Assembly (NCBI GenBank): GCA_965223855.1
Contig: CBDCXM010000009.1
Location: 1,184,001 to 1,248,000 of the forward strand
Direction of reading: 5' to 3'
Source: Candidatus Multivoradales bacterium
Lineage (GTDB): Bacteria > Acidobacteriota > Thermoanaerobaculia > Multivoradales > JAHEKO01
Length of the DNA stretch: 64,000 nt
Shown: in pieces, positions 9,838 to 19,515 of the stretch
Layout: each line of letters opens with the position of its first letter
How positions within the stretch are numbered: the stretch's first letter is position 1
The notes under the pieces: model-generated
The model's database searches: none
The model's input: the letters and a program-made list of their open reading frames with translations, nothing else
Told to the model about the DNA's origin: nothing
Translations under genes and position numbers: made by a program

Positions 9838-11495
9838 GCGTCGAGCGCCACATCGTCCGCACCGGGTCCTACTTCGACTCGGTCGTGCTGATGCAGTTGC
9901 AGCGCCGGCTGGCCGAGCTCGACGGGGTCGAGGAGGCGGGGGTGGTCATGGCGACTCGAGCCAACCTCGAGCTGCTCTCGCGAGCGGGTTTGCAGACCGA
10001 GCGAATCGAGGCACGACCGGACGACCTCCTGGTCCTGGTCCGGGGCACGACCGAAGCCGCGGCGCGCAGTGCTCTCGACCGCTTCGACGAGCTGGCGGGC
10101 GAGCGGACCGCGGCCGCGGCGACCGACTACCGCCCGAAGAGTGTGGCGACGGCGCTCAAGGAGCGCCCGGAGGCGAACTGGGTCCTGGTGTCGGTTCCCG
10201 GAGAGTACGCAGCCGCCGTCGCCCGCCAGGCGATCGATGCCGGGCGACACGTCTTCCTCTACAGCGACAACGTGTCGCTGGAAGACGAGGTGGCACTCAA
10301 GCGCCATGCCGAGCGCCGCAGGCGGCTGGTGCTGGGGCCGGACTGCGGCACCGCGATGATCGGCGGGGCGGGCCTCGGCTTCGCCAACCGGGTGCGTCGG
10401 GGGGACGTCGGTATCGTCGCCGCGTCGGGGACCGGTCTCCAGACGATCGCCTCGAGGCTCCATCGTGAGGGGAGAGGGGTGTCGCACGGCATCGGCACCG
10501 GTGGTCGCGATCTGGCGAGCGACGTCGGCGGTCGCACGGCGCTGGCCGCCCTGGCCGCGCTGGCGGCGGACGAGGAGACCCGGGTCGTGGTGCTGGTCTC
10601 GAAGCCGCCGCATCCCGAAGTCGCGGCGCGCCTCCTGTCGGCCGCCGCGAGGGTCGGCAAGCCGGTGGTCGTCCATTTCCAGGGGCGCGGCCTTGCCGGG
10701 CGGCGCCTCGGCCCGCTCCACTTCGCCGTCGACCTCGAGCATGCGGCCGCTCTGGCAGCCGAGCTGGCCGAGAAGCCTCCGCCGCCGTTCGAGCCGACAG
10801 GCGACGGCCTCCTCCGCGGCCTCTTCTCGGGAGGCACGTTGGCGGGCGAGGCGGTGGTGCGGCTCGAGCCTCTGCTGCCGGAACTGGTCTCCAACCTGTC
10901 CAAGGAGAGTTCGATCGTCGATCTTTCGACCTTCGCCGGCCACGCAGTGCTCGACCTCGGGGCCGACCAGTTCACCGTCGGTCGGCCGCACCCGATGATC
11001 GATCCGCAGGTGGTGGCGGAGCACCTCTCCCACGCGGCCGCCGACAAGAGGGTCGCGACGATCGTCGTCGACGTCGTCCTCGGTGACGGTGCCCACCCCG
11101 ACCCGGCGTCAATCCTCGCTCCGGCGATCGAGCGTGCCCGCAGGAAGGCACGCGAGGACCTGGCCGTCCTCGCCCTCGTCGTCGGTACCGAGGAAGACCG
11201 CCAGGAGATCGGCGCGCAGTGCGACCGGCTCGAGGAGGCGGGTGCCGAGGTGTTCGATTCGCTGTCGCCGGCGCTCGAGCGGGTCGTCGCGCGTTCGCTC
11301 CCTCCGAGGACCGAAGACGAGGTTCGGGCGATCGCCCTCGAGCCGCCGCGGGAGGTGATCAACGTCGGCATCGATCTCTTCCGCGAGAGCCTCGAGGCGC
11401 AGGAGGTGCCGGTGCTGCAGGTCGATTGGCGGCCGCCCGCCGGCGGCAACGAGAAACTCGCCACGATCGTGGCGCGACTGAGGGAGAGCGCATGA
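9834..11495 (+). CDS. fdrA: FdrA/AllF-like acyl-CoA-synthetase-fold protein
   Basis: YFDSVVLM, SVPGEYA, FLYSDNV, GPDCGTA, GIGTGGRDL, GLFSGGTLA, GRPHPMIDP, VDWRPPAGGN. TTG start overlaps the amidase TGA. Confidence 0.9.
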   Translation: MSVERHIVRTGSYFDSVVLMQLQRRLAELDGVEEAGVVMATRANLELLSRAGLQTERIEARPDDLLVLVRGTTEAAARSALDRFDELAGERTAAAATDYRPKSVATALKERPEANWVLVSVPGEYAAAVARQAIDAGRHVFLYSDNVSLEDEVALKRHAERRRRLVLGPDCGTAMIGGAGLGFANRVRRGDVGIVAASGTGLQTIASRLHREGRGVSHGIGTGGRDLASDVGGRTALAALAALAADEETRVVVLVSKPPHPEVAARLLSAAARVGKPVVVHFQGRGLAGRRLGPLHFAVDLEHAAALAAELAEKPPPPFEPTGDGLLRGLFSGGTLAGEAVVRLEPLLPELVSNLSKESSIVDLSTFAGHAVLDLGADQFTVGRPHPMIDPQVVAEHLSHAAADKRVATIVVDVVLGDGAHPDPASILAPAIERARRKAREDLAVLALVVGTEEDRQEIGAQCDRLEEAGAEVFDSLSPALERVVARSLPPRTEDEVRAIALEPPREVINVGIDLFRESLEAQEVPVLQVDWRPPAGGNEKLATIVARLRESA

Positions 11496-12757
11496 CTTCC
11501 AACCCGGTGGACGCGGCCAACCGCGAGGCGCTCGAACGGATGATGGCGGTCCGCCCGGTACTCGAGACCGTGGCGGTGGCCGGTGACGTCGTTCCCGGCC
11601 TCGACGCCAAGCGGATCCTTCACGCCGGGCCGCCGATCGAATGGGCTCGGATGTCGGGCCCGCTGCGCGGCGCGGTGATCGGGGCGCTGCTCTTCGAAGG
11701 GCTCGCCGACTCGCGCGAGTCGGCCATCCACCTCATCGAGCAGGGGGAGATCGCTTTCTCGCCGTGCCACCACCACCACGCCGTCGGCCCGATGGCCGGT
11801 GTGACGTCGGCCTCGATGCAGGTCTACGTCGTGCGCGACGCCGAGGGCAAGGGGCACGCCTATTCGACCCTCAACGAGGGCTACGGCAAGGTGCTGCGCT
11901 ACGGCGCCTACGCCCCCGAGGTGCTGGAGAAGTTGCGCTGGATGAACGTCCAGATGGGGCCGATCCTCGCCGCCGCCCTCGACGCGTGCGGCGGCATCGA
12001 TCTGCGGGCGCTGCTGGCGGAGGCGCTCCATATGGGCGACGAGGGGCACAACCGCAACAAGGCGGGATCGCTCCTCTTCACCCGGCACCTGGCGCCGAGC
12101 ATCTTCGAGGTCGCCGGGGACCGCGCCCTCGGCTCGGCGATCGTCGAGTTCCTCGGCGACAACGCGCTGTCGGTGCTCAATCCGGTGATGGCGGCGTGCA
12201 AGGTGATGGCGGACTCCGCCCACGGCGTCGAGCGCTCGACCCTGGTGACGACGATGGCGCGCAACGGCACCGACTTCGGCATCCGGGTCAGCGGGCTCGG
12301 CGAGCGCTGGTTCACGGCGCCCGCCCAGGTGCCCGACGGCCTCTATTTCCCGGGCTTCACCAGCGACGACGCCAACCCGGACATCGGCGATTCGACGATT
12401 ACCGAGACCGCCGGCATCGGCGCCTTCGCCATGGCGGCGGCGCCTGCGATCGTTAACTTCGTCGGCGGCGCGCCCGAAGAGGCGACGCACGCGACGCTCG
12501 AGATGTACGAGATCACCGCCGGCGAACACAAGCACTTCACGATCCCTCAGCTCGGCTTCCGGGGGACGCCGGTGGGGATCGACCTGCGCGACGTCGTCGA
12601 GCTCGGGGTGACGCCGCGGGTCAACACCGGCATTGCCCATCGCGAGGCCGGTGTCGGCCAGGTGGGAGCGGGCCTCGTGAGGCCGCCGATGAAGATCTTT
12701 GAAGAGGCGCTCGAGGCGTTCGCCGAGCGCTACCTGCCGCGCGAGGCGCGTCCGTGA
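11492..12757 (+). CDS. ylbE: YlbE/AllG-like DUF1116 family protein
   Basis: LHAGPPI.W, AVGPMAG, NEGYGKVLRYGA, MGDEGHNRN, MARNGTDFGI, DIGDSTITET, NTGIAH…GQVGAG. Confidence 0.9.
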   Translation: MTSNPVDAANREALERMMAVRPVLETVAVAGDVVPGLDAKRILHAGPPIEWARMSGPLRGAVIGALLFEGLADSRESAIHLIEQGEIAFSPCHHHHAVGPMAGVTSASMQVYVVRDAEGKGHAYSTLNEGYGKVLRYGAYAPEVLEKLRWMNVQMGPILAAALDACGGIDLRALLAEALHMGDEGHNRNKAGSLLFTRHLAPSIFEVAGDRALGSAIVEFLGDNALSVLNPVMAACKVMADSAHGVERSTLVTTMARNGTDFGIRVSGLGERWFTAPAQVPDGLYFPGFTSDDANPDIGDSTITETAGIGAFAMAAAPAIVNFVGGAPEEATHATLEMYEITAGEHKHFTIPQLGFRGTPVGIDLRDVVELGVTPRVNTGIAHREAGVGQVGAGLVRPPMKIFEEALEAFAERYLPREARP

Positions 12758-15120
12758 GCGCGGGCGAGAAAACGCTCGTCGGCAAGCGGGTACGGCGCAA
12801 TGAGGACCCGCGCCTGCTGACCGGGCGGGCGCTCTTCGTCGACGACGTCGTGCGCCCGGACATGCTGCACGTGGCGTTCCTGCGCAGCCCCTTCGCCCAC
12901 GCGCGGATCAACGAAGTCGACGTCGATCTGGCGCGCGATCTCGACGGCGTCCACGCTGTCTACACCGCCGCCGACCTGGGAGAGTACTGGCAGCACGGCC
13001 CGCTGCTGGTGCCGCCGCCGCCGGTCGAGGGGGTGGTGTTCCACGAGCGCACCCAGGTGCCGCTGGCGCGTCATAAGATCCGCCACCTCGGCGAGCCGGT
13101 GGCGATGGTGGTGGCGGACAGCCGGGCGATCGCCGAGGACGCGGTCGATCGGATCTTCCTCGATTGCGATCCGCTCGACGCGGTCGTCGACCTGGAACAG
13201 GCGTTGGCGGAGGGGGCGCCGCTCGTTCACGACGACCTGGAGTCGAACCTCGCCGCCTTCGTGCCGCAGAAGAAGGGCGACTACGCCGCGGCGCTCGAAC
13301 GCGCGGACCTCGTGCTGCGTCGGCGCTACGTCTACGACCGCGGTGCTTCGGCGGCGATCGAGAACCGCGGCGTGGTGGCGGAGTGGAATCGCCTCAGCGA
13401 GCGGCTGACCGTCTGGGACACGACGCAGGCGCCGATCCCGATCCGCAACGGCCTCGCGGCGATGCTGGGACTGTCGGAGTCGCAGGTGCGGGTCGTCGCG
13501 CCCTTCGTCGGCGGCGGCTTCGGGCCGAAGATCATGATGTTCTATCCCGAGGAGGTACTGCTGCCGTGGGCGGCGATGCGGCTCGACCGGCCGCTCAAGT
13601 GGATCGAGGATCGCTCGGAGAACTTCGTCGCCACGACCCAGGAACGGGGCCAGATCCACGACGCCGAGATCGCGCTGTCGAAGGACGGGCGTGTGCTGGG
13701 GGTCCGGGACAGCTTCCTCCACGACACCGGCGCCTACGATCCCTACGGCCTCACGGTGCCGCTCAACAGCCAGTGCACGCTGCTCGGGCCCTACGACATC
13801 CCCGCCTACGAGAGTGAGCTGCGGGCGGTCTTCACGAACAAGACGATCGTCACTCCGTACCGCGGCGCCGGTCGCCAGCACGGGGTGTTCGTCATCGAGC
13901 GGCTCCTCGACGCCGCCGCCAGGGAGCTGGGGATCGACCGCATCGAGATTCGGCGGCGCAACTTCATCCGCCCGGAGCAGTTCCCGTACGCCAACGAGGT
14001 GATCTACCAGGACGCGGCGCCGCTGGTCTACGACAGCGGCAACTACGAGCCGCTGCTCGACAAGGCGCGTGAGCTCATCGGCTGGGACGAGTTCGTCACC
14101 ACGACGCAGCCGGAGGCGCGGGCCGCCGGCCGGCACGTCGGCATCGGCATCGTCGCCTACGTCGAAGGGACCGGTATCGGCCCCTACGAGGGGGCGCGGG
14201 TGCAGGTCGAGCCGACGGGGAAGATCACCGTCGTCACCGGCGTCGGCACCCAGGGGCAGGGCCACTACACGGTGCTCGCACAGATCGCCGCCGAGCTGCT
14301 GGGGGCGGAGGTGGACGAGGTCGAGGTGACGACCGGCGATACCGACCAGTTCCACTGGGGGAGCGGCACCTTCGCTTCACGGGGAGCGGTGGTCGCCGGC
14401 AACGCGGTGCGCGCGGCGGCGGCGGACGTGCGGCAGAGGATGCTCGCGCTGGCTGCACGCCACCTCGAGGCAGAAATCGATGAACTCGAGGTCGTCGCCG
14501 GCCATGTCCGGGTCGCTGCGGAGCCGGATCGCACGGTCGATCGTCGCGAGCTGGCGCGCCTCGCCAATCCGCTGCGCGGCGCCGTCGAGCCCGGGACCGA
14601 GCCGGGTCTCGAGTCGACCCAGTACTTCGGGCCGTACCGTGGCGCTACCGCGAGTGGCGTGCATGCCGCGATCGTCGAGATCGATCCGGAGACGATGCTG
14701 GTCGAGATCCTCGACTACGTCGTGGTGCACGACTGCGGCAAGGTGCTCAACCCGCTGCTGGTCGACGGGCAGGTGCACGGCGGGGTGGCGCAGGGGGTCG
14801 GCAACGCCTTCTACGAGCAGCTCGTCTACGACGACGGCGGCCAGCTCCTCAACGCCTCGTTCATGGATTTCCTGTTGCCGACGGCGCTCGACGTGCCGCG
14901 GGTCAAGGTCGGCCACCTCGAGACGCCGTCGCCGCTCAATGAGCTGGGCTCCAAGGGAGCCGGAGAGGCGGGCGCGATCCCGACCGGGGCGCTCTTCGTC
15001 CAGGCGGTCGAGGATGCACTGCGCATCCCCGGATTCGAGATCCGGGAGATCCCGCTCCACCCAAGTCGCCTGTGGGAGCTGGCGACGGCAGCCCGCGCGG
15101 AGGCGGAGGAGGCCTCATGA
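12754..15120 (+). CDS. Molybdopterin-binding large subunit, XDH/CoxL family (form-II-like; not a form I CO dehydrogenase)
   Basis: EDPRLLTG, VGGGFGPK, active-site loop PYRGAGR, QGQGH, GTFASR, QVHGGVAQG, KGAGEAG. Confidence 0.93.
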   Translation: MSAGEKTLVGKRVRRNEDPRLLTGRALFVDDVVRPDMLHVAFLRSPFAHARINEVDVDLARDLDGVHAVYTAADLGEYWQHGPLLVPPPPVEGVVFHERTQVPLARHKIRHLGEPVAMVVADSRAIAEDAVDRIFLDCDPLDAVVDLEQALAEGAPLVHDDLESNLAAFVPQKKGDYAAALERADLVLRRRYVYDRGASAAIENRGVVAEWNRLSERLTVWDTTQAPIPIRNGLAAMLGLSESQVRVVAPFVGGGFGPKIMMFYPEEVLLPWAAMRLDRPLKWIEDRSENFVATTQERGQIHDAEIALSKDGRVLGVRDSFLHDTGAYDPYGLTVPLNSQCTLLGPYDIPAYESELRAVFTNKTIVTPYRGAGRQHGVFVIERLLDAAARELGIDRIEIRRRNFIRPEQFPYANEVIYQDAAPLVYDSGNYEPLLDKARELIGWDEFVTTTQPEARAAGRHVGIGIVAYVEGTGIGPYEGARVQVEPTGKITVVTGVGTQGQGHYTVLAQIAAELLGAEVDEVEVTTGDTDQFHWGSGTFASRGAVVAGNAVRAAAADVRQRMLALAARHLEAEIDELEVVAGHVRVAAEPDRTVDRRELARLANPLRGAVEPGTEPGLESTQYFGPYRGATASGVHAAIVEIDPETMLVEILDYVVVHDCGKVLNPLLVDGQVHGGVAQGVGNAFYEQLVYDDGGQLLNASFMDFLLPTALDVPRVKVGHLETPSPLNELGSKGAGEAGAIPTGALFVQAVEDALRIPGFEIREIPLHPSRLWELATAARAEAEEAS

Positions 15121-15731
15121 AACTCGCCGGAACGCACATCTTCGCCGTCCCGAGGGAGCGGTTGTGGGAAGCACTGCTCGATCCCGAGATCCTCGCCCGC
15201 ACCCTGCCGGGCTGCGACGCCCTCGAGCGGATCGAGGAGAACAAATACCGCGGCGCCCTCACTGTCGCCATCGGGCCGGTGCGCGGCCAGTTCCAGGGAA
15301 CGCTCGAGCTCTCCGATCTCGATCCGCCCGACGGCTACGACATGGTGGTCAAGGGACAGGGCCCCGCCGGCTTCATGAAGGGGAAGGGCCGGATCTCCCT
15401 GGCCGAGGCGGAGGGCGGTACCGAGCTGACCTACGACCTCGACGCCCAGGTGGGCGGCCGGATCGCCGGCGTCGGTCAGCGCCTGCTCGACAGCTCCGCG
15501 AAGGTGGTGGCGCAGCAGGGGCTCGAGGGATTGGCGGCGCAGGTCGAGGGTGGTGGGGATGGCGCCGAAGCGACCGAGCCCCCCGCTCCCCCCAGCCAGA
15601 CACAGATGGCGGCGCGCTTCGCCGGCGGACTGTGGAAAGAGATGGTGCCCGCCCCCGTGCGCAAGGGGCTGGAGATTCTTGTCTGGCTGGCGCTGGGAGC
15701 GGCGCTCGGCTGGTGGCTGCGCGGCGGCTGA
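15117..15731 (+). CDS. coxG: CoxG/SRPBCC family accessory protein with C-terminal membrane anchor
   Basis: W.ALLDP..LARTLPGC, GGRIAGVGQRL, terminal hydrophobic helix; ATGA overlap with the large subunit gene. Confidence 0.88.
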   Translation: MKLAGTHIFAVPRERLWEALLDPEILARTLPGCDALERIEENKYRGALTVAIGPVRGQFQGTLELSDLDPPDGYDMVVKGQGPAGFMKGKGRISLAEAEGGTELTYDLDAQVGGRIAGVGQRLLDSSAKVVAQQGLEGLAAQVEGGGDGAEATEPPAPPSQTQMAARFAGGLWKEMVPAPVRKGLEILVWLALGAALGWWLRGG

Positions 15732-15741
15732 GAGGTTCAGG

Positions 15742-18045
15742 CTAGAAGCGGTAGCGCACTGAAGCGACGACTTGCCGCGGCGGGATCAGCTCGTCGCTCG
15801 TCGTGTGGAGACCGAACGGGTTGGTGAAGCGGCTGTTGACGCCCGCTTCGTCGAGCAGGTTGGTGGCCCGCAGGTCGAGGCTCCACGGGCGTTCGGCCGG
15901 CTGCCATCCGAGGCGCAGGTCGAGGCTGTCCCAGGCGGGTACGCGATCGACGATCGCGTGGTTGTAGACCCGGTACCAGAAGGCGCCGCGGTGGATGTGT
16001 GCGAGGGTCGCGGTCCACTCCGAGTTCGCCGCGTAGTGAGCCCAGTCGAGGGCGATCCGCGAGGTGGCGTCGGTGAGCTTGGGCGGGGTGTTGCCGCGCA
16101 GGTCGACGCGCAGCGAGGCGCGATCCTCGATCGCCGTCGGCGTGAAGCGGCCGAAGCCGGAGGCGCGGAAGTCGGCCGGGTCGAGCGTCAGGTGGGAGGA
16201 GTCGATCCGCCCGTCGAGCGCCGAGAGCTGACCGGAGAGGCGCCAGGCCGGGGCGAGCTGCCACCGTGCGTCCAACTCGACGCCGTGGATCGAGACACGC
16301 GGGATGTTGCCGGTTCCGGCGGCGAAGGGCACCGGATCCTCCTGGAGGTACTGGTAGTTGCGGTAGTCGTAGGCGAAGGCGGTGAGGTCGAGGCGGGCGC
16401 GGCCGCCGGCGAAGCGGTTGCGCGAGCCGACCTCGAGCGCCGTCACCTCTTCCGGGGCGAAGGTCGCCGGCACGTCGAGCGCTCCCGACAGGGCGCCGGG
16501 GTTGCTGCCGCCGTTCTTCCAACCGGTCGAGAGCGAAGCGTAGAAGAGGTGGTCGTCGGTCAATCGCAGGTCGAGCCCCAACCGGCCGGTCACGGCGTCG
16601 TCGACGAGCACCTCCCGCGCGTCGAGGAACCAGAACTGGGTCGAGGCGTCGGTCGAGCGGTCGCGCTGCGCCCTCAGCCCGGCCGTGAGCGACCAGCGCT
16701 CCGCCCCCCGAAGCGTGGTGTCGGCGAAGAGCGCGACGTCCTCGCGCTCCACGGTGCGCTCCTCGACGAACTCGAGCGGCGGCGTGAACGGGGGGAGGGT
16801 CTCAGGTGACGGGTTCTCGATCCGCTCGCGGAACTGCTCGAACGGCGCCGGCCCGATCGCCTCGAGGAAGAAGTTGCGGTTCTCGTGCAGCAGGTAGTAG
16901 CCGCCGAGGCGCCACTCGCCGCGCTCGCCGCTGCCGAAGAGCACCACCTCCTGGCTCACGGCGTCGGAGTCGTTGTCCCAGAACGGCAGCACGTCGAACG
17001 CCGCCGGACCGAAGCCGGTGAGGTCGATCGCTACCAGGTCCTGGGTCAGCCGGTCGCCGTCGACGCTCTGGCGCTTGCGCAGACGCTGGACCCCCGTGAG
17101 CGAGCGTAGCGTCACTCCCGAGGAAGCACGCCATTCGGCCACCACCGAGAGGCTGTCGTTGTCGAGTGCGAAGCTCGAGGGATAGTCCTGCGTCAGTCGA
17201 CGCGGATCGGGGTTGGGATCGAGCCGGCTCTTCTGCGCCGCTCCGTGCTGGTCGGAGCGGTGCGAGAAGGCGGTGAGACGCACCGAGGTCGAGGCGGTCG
17301 GCGCCCAGTCGGCTGCCAGGTGGCCGCTCCAGGCATCGGCGTCGTCCAACTGATAGCCGTCGAGGGCCCCGCCCTCGATCCGGGCGAAGCCGTCGCGTAC
17401 CAGTCGGCGGCCGGCGAGGCGCACGGCGGCCTCCTCGCCGAGCGGCGCCTCGAAAGCGACCGAGCCCTGGCGGTGCCGATAGTTCCCCAGCTCGAGCCGC
17501 GCCGCACCGCCGAAGGATCCTTCCGGTCTCCGGGTGACGAGGTTGATCGCCCCTCCGGTGGTCCCCTGGCCGAACTCCGTCCCCTGGGGGCCTCGGAAGA
17601 TCTCGATCCGCTCGAGCTCGCCGAGGAACAGCCCGTAGGCGAGCGGATTGGCGACGTAGACGCCGTCGAGGTAGAGCAGCACGCTCGGCTGGGTGCTGAG
17701 GTTCTGCGCCGTCTCCCAGCCGACACCGCGGATCGACGCGACCCGGCCGGCGCCGTCGTTGCGCGACACCATCAGCCCCGGTGCCCAGCCGTTGAGGCGA
17801 TCGAGCTGCTCGATGCCGTGGTCCCCGAACGCCTCTCCCGAGACGACGGCGACGGAGGTCGTCGCCTCTGCGAGCGCCACCTCGGCACGCCTTGCGGTGA
17901 CGGTGATCTCCTCCAGGACGAGGGAATCGCCGGCACCGTTCTCGTCGGCAGTGAGCAGCGAGGGGATCAGGAGGCAGAGCGCTACCGGAAGGCAGCGTCG
18001 CAGAGAGGTTCGCTCCGTCGAGCCGCAGCTCGATCGTTCGTTCAT
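15742..18045 (-). CDS. TonB-dependent receptor
   Basis: LEEITVTARR TonB box, ERIEIFRGPQGT..G…GGAIN plug motif, NLLDE, C-terminal YRF. Confidence 0.93.
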   Translation of the reverse strand: MNERSSCGSTERTSLRRCLPVALCLLIPSLLTADENGAGDSLVLEEITVTARRAEVALAEATTSVAVVSGEAFGDHGIEQLDRLNGWAPGLMVSRNDGAGRVASIRGVGWETAQNLSTQPSVLLYLDGVYVANPLAYGLFLGELERIEIFRGPQGTEFGQGTTGGAINLVTRRPEGSFGGAARLELGNYRHRQGSVAFEAPLGEEAAVRLAGRRLVRDGFARIEGGALDGYQLDDADAWSGHLAADWAPTASTSVRLTAFSHRSDQHGAAQKSRLDPNPDPRRLTQDYPSSFALDNDSLSVVAEWRASSGVTLRSLTGVQRLRKRQSVDGDRLTQDLVAIDLTGFGPAAFDVLPFWDNDSDAVSQEVVLFGSGERGEWRLGGYYLLHENRNFFLEAIGPAPFEQFRERIENPSPETLPPFTPPLEFVEERTVEREDVALFADTTLRGAERWSLTAGLRAQRDRSTDASTQFWFLDAREVLVDDAVTGRLGLDLRLTDDHLFYASLSTGWKNGGSNPGALSGALDVPATFAPEEVTALEVGSRNRFAGGRARLDLTAFAYDYRNYQYLQEDPVPFAAGTGNIPRVSIHGVELDARWQLAPAWRLSGQLSALDGRIDSSHLTLDPADFRASGFGRFTPTAIEDRASLRVDLRGNTPPKLTDATSRIALDWAHYAANSEWTATLAHIHRGAFWYRVYNHAIVDRVPAWDSLDLRLGWQPAERPWSLDLRATNLLDEAGVNSRFTNPFGLHTTSDELIPPRQVVASVRYRF

Positions 18046-18236
18046 GTTCGGCCTTTTCGGGAAGACGGGCGTGAGATTGCGCGTGGAGTGCGCCGTTCCG
18101 CGGCACTTAGTCTACCAGTGAGCACAAGTTGGGTGTGCGATCCGTCTCCCTCCGGCGTTTCCGAAAGAAGACCGACTGCGGTCGGCTTACAGTCGCGGAT
18201 TCGCCGTGACCGTCAGGAGAACAAGGAGACAGGATC

Positions 18237-18752
18237 ATGAGAATGGGAAGAGGACTGAATTTCGTGGGGCTCGTCGTCTGGGCCGTCGTTGCCGGCTGCG
18301 GGGCGGCCGACGCCGGCGAACGTTGCGTAGCCGACATCTCCGGCACCGTTCACTCCTTCGAACACGTCTATGTGCTGAGGGCTCACGATCCCTACGACGG
18401 AGACGACACCACACGGCTCGCGAGGATCGTCTGCTCCGACACCGAGATCGGCGAGCTGCCGACCACCGAAGGCGAGGCGATGGAGGCTCTGATGATGAGG
18501 CCTGACCGGGGTCTGGTGGTGGAAGTGAGAGACAACGGTGAAATCGTCACCGCCGCCGTGACCTGGGACGGGAAGGATGCGTACTGGCCGGGGCCGTTCG
18601 GCGGCTTCTCGGAGCTGACCTTCACCGGTACCAGCGACGGCGAGCGGATCTCGGGGAGCGTCGAGACGAACACGAAGCTCGAGGACTCCGAGAGCGGAGT
18701 GTCGCTCTCGCTCACCGCCGAGATCGACGCCGCGGTCGATGTGACGTTCTGA
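18237..18752 (+). CDS. Hypothetical lipoprotein
   Basis: AGGAG RBS; hydrophobic N-terminus with lipobox-like VAGC; acidic beta-rich body. Confidence 0.7.
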   Translation: MRMGRGLNFVGLVVWAVVAGCGAADAGERCVADISGTVHSFEHVYVLRAHDPYDGDDTTRLARIVCSDTEIGELPTTEGEAMEALMMRPDRGLVVEVRDNGEIVTAAVTWDGKDAYWPGPFGGFSELTFTGTSDGERISGSVETNTKLEDSESGVSLSLTAEIDAAVDVTF

Positions 18753-18911
18753 GGGATGGACGGCACGCTCGACCTTGCTCCGGGAACCCCGCCGATCGCG
18801 ACGGTGTGTCTGGACACTCTCGACGCCGTGAAGCTGGGCAGCTCCCGCCGTGCGCCAGGCGCCCCGGTAGAATCGGGTTCGACCGCCAGCCAACGGAGGG
18901 ACCGTTCCAGA

Positions 18912-19496
18912 GTGACATCCGACGACTCAGAAGGTGCGGTCGACCTCGAGTCGACCGCCGTGCTGATCGACCGGGCTCGCTCGGGCGACGACGGGGCGAA
19001 GAACCGGCTGATGGCGCGGTACGTGCCGATCCTTCATCGCTGGGCCCGCGGTCGCCTCCCCTCCTATGCGCGGGATCTCTCCGAGACCGCCGACCTGGTG
19101 CAGATCACGCTGCTGCGTGCGTTGCGCAACCTGGAGCGCTTCGAGTCGCGGGGCGAAGGGGCGTTCCTCGGCTACCTGCGACAGATTCTGCTCAACGCCA
19201 TTCGTGACGAGAAGCGCCGGGTGTCGCGGCGGCCGGGTCACGACGAGTTGCCGGAGAGGCTCGAGGCTCACGAGCCGTCGGCGTTGGAGCGAGCGATCGG
19301 CAGGGAGCGCATGGAGCGCTACGAGGCGGGCCTCGCGACGTTGGAGGAACGTCAGCGGCAGGCGGTGATGTTGCGCCTGGAGTTCGGATTCACCCACGCC
19401 CAGATCGCGGAGGCGATCGACGCTCCGAGCGCGAATGCCGCCCGGATGGTCGTCTCCCGTGGGCTTCTGAGGCTCGCCGAAGCGGTCGCGGCATGA
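18912..19496 (+). CDS. ECF sigma-70 family RNA polymerase sigma factor (STK-associated type)
   Basis: Region 2 DLVQITLLRAL…FLGYLRQILLNAIRD; region 4 HAQIAEAI…ANAARMVVSRGL. GTG start chosen downstream of TAGAAT; the ORF track starts at 18756. Confidence 0.9.
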   Translation: MTSDDSEGAVDLESTAVLIDRARSGDDGAKNRLMARYVPILHRWARGRLPSYARDLSETADLVQITLLRALRNLERFESRGEGAFLGYLRQILLNAIRDEKRRVSRRPGHDELPERLEAHEPSALERAIGRERMERYEAGLATLEERQRQAVMLRLEFGFTHAQIAEAIDAPSANAARMVVSRGLLRLAEAVAA

Positions 19497-19515
19497 CGGT
19501 CCGGTCGGGGGCGCG

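Noticed and set aside
12754-15120. Aerobic CO dehydrogenase (form I coxL)
   Set aside because: The active-site loop is PYRGAGR, without the Cu-binding Cys of AYxCSFR; no coxDEF genes.
18783-18811. Autoregulatory ECF promoter GGAAC…GTCT
   Set aside because: The spacer is too long for typical ECF promoters, and a sigma70-like TAGAAT at about 18868 explains the region equally well.
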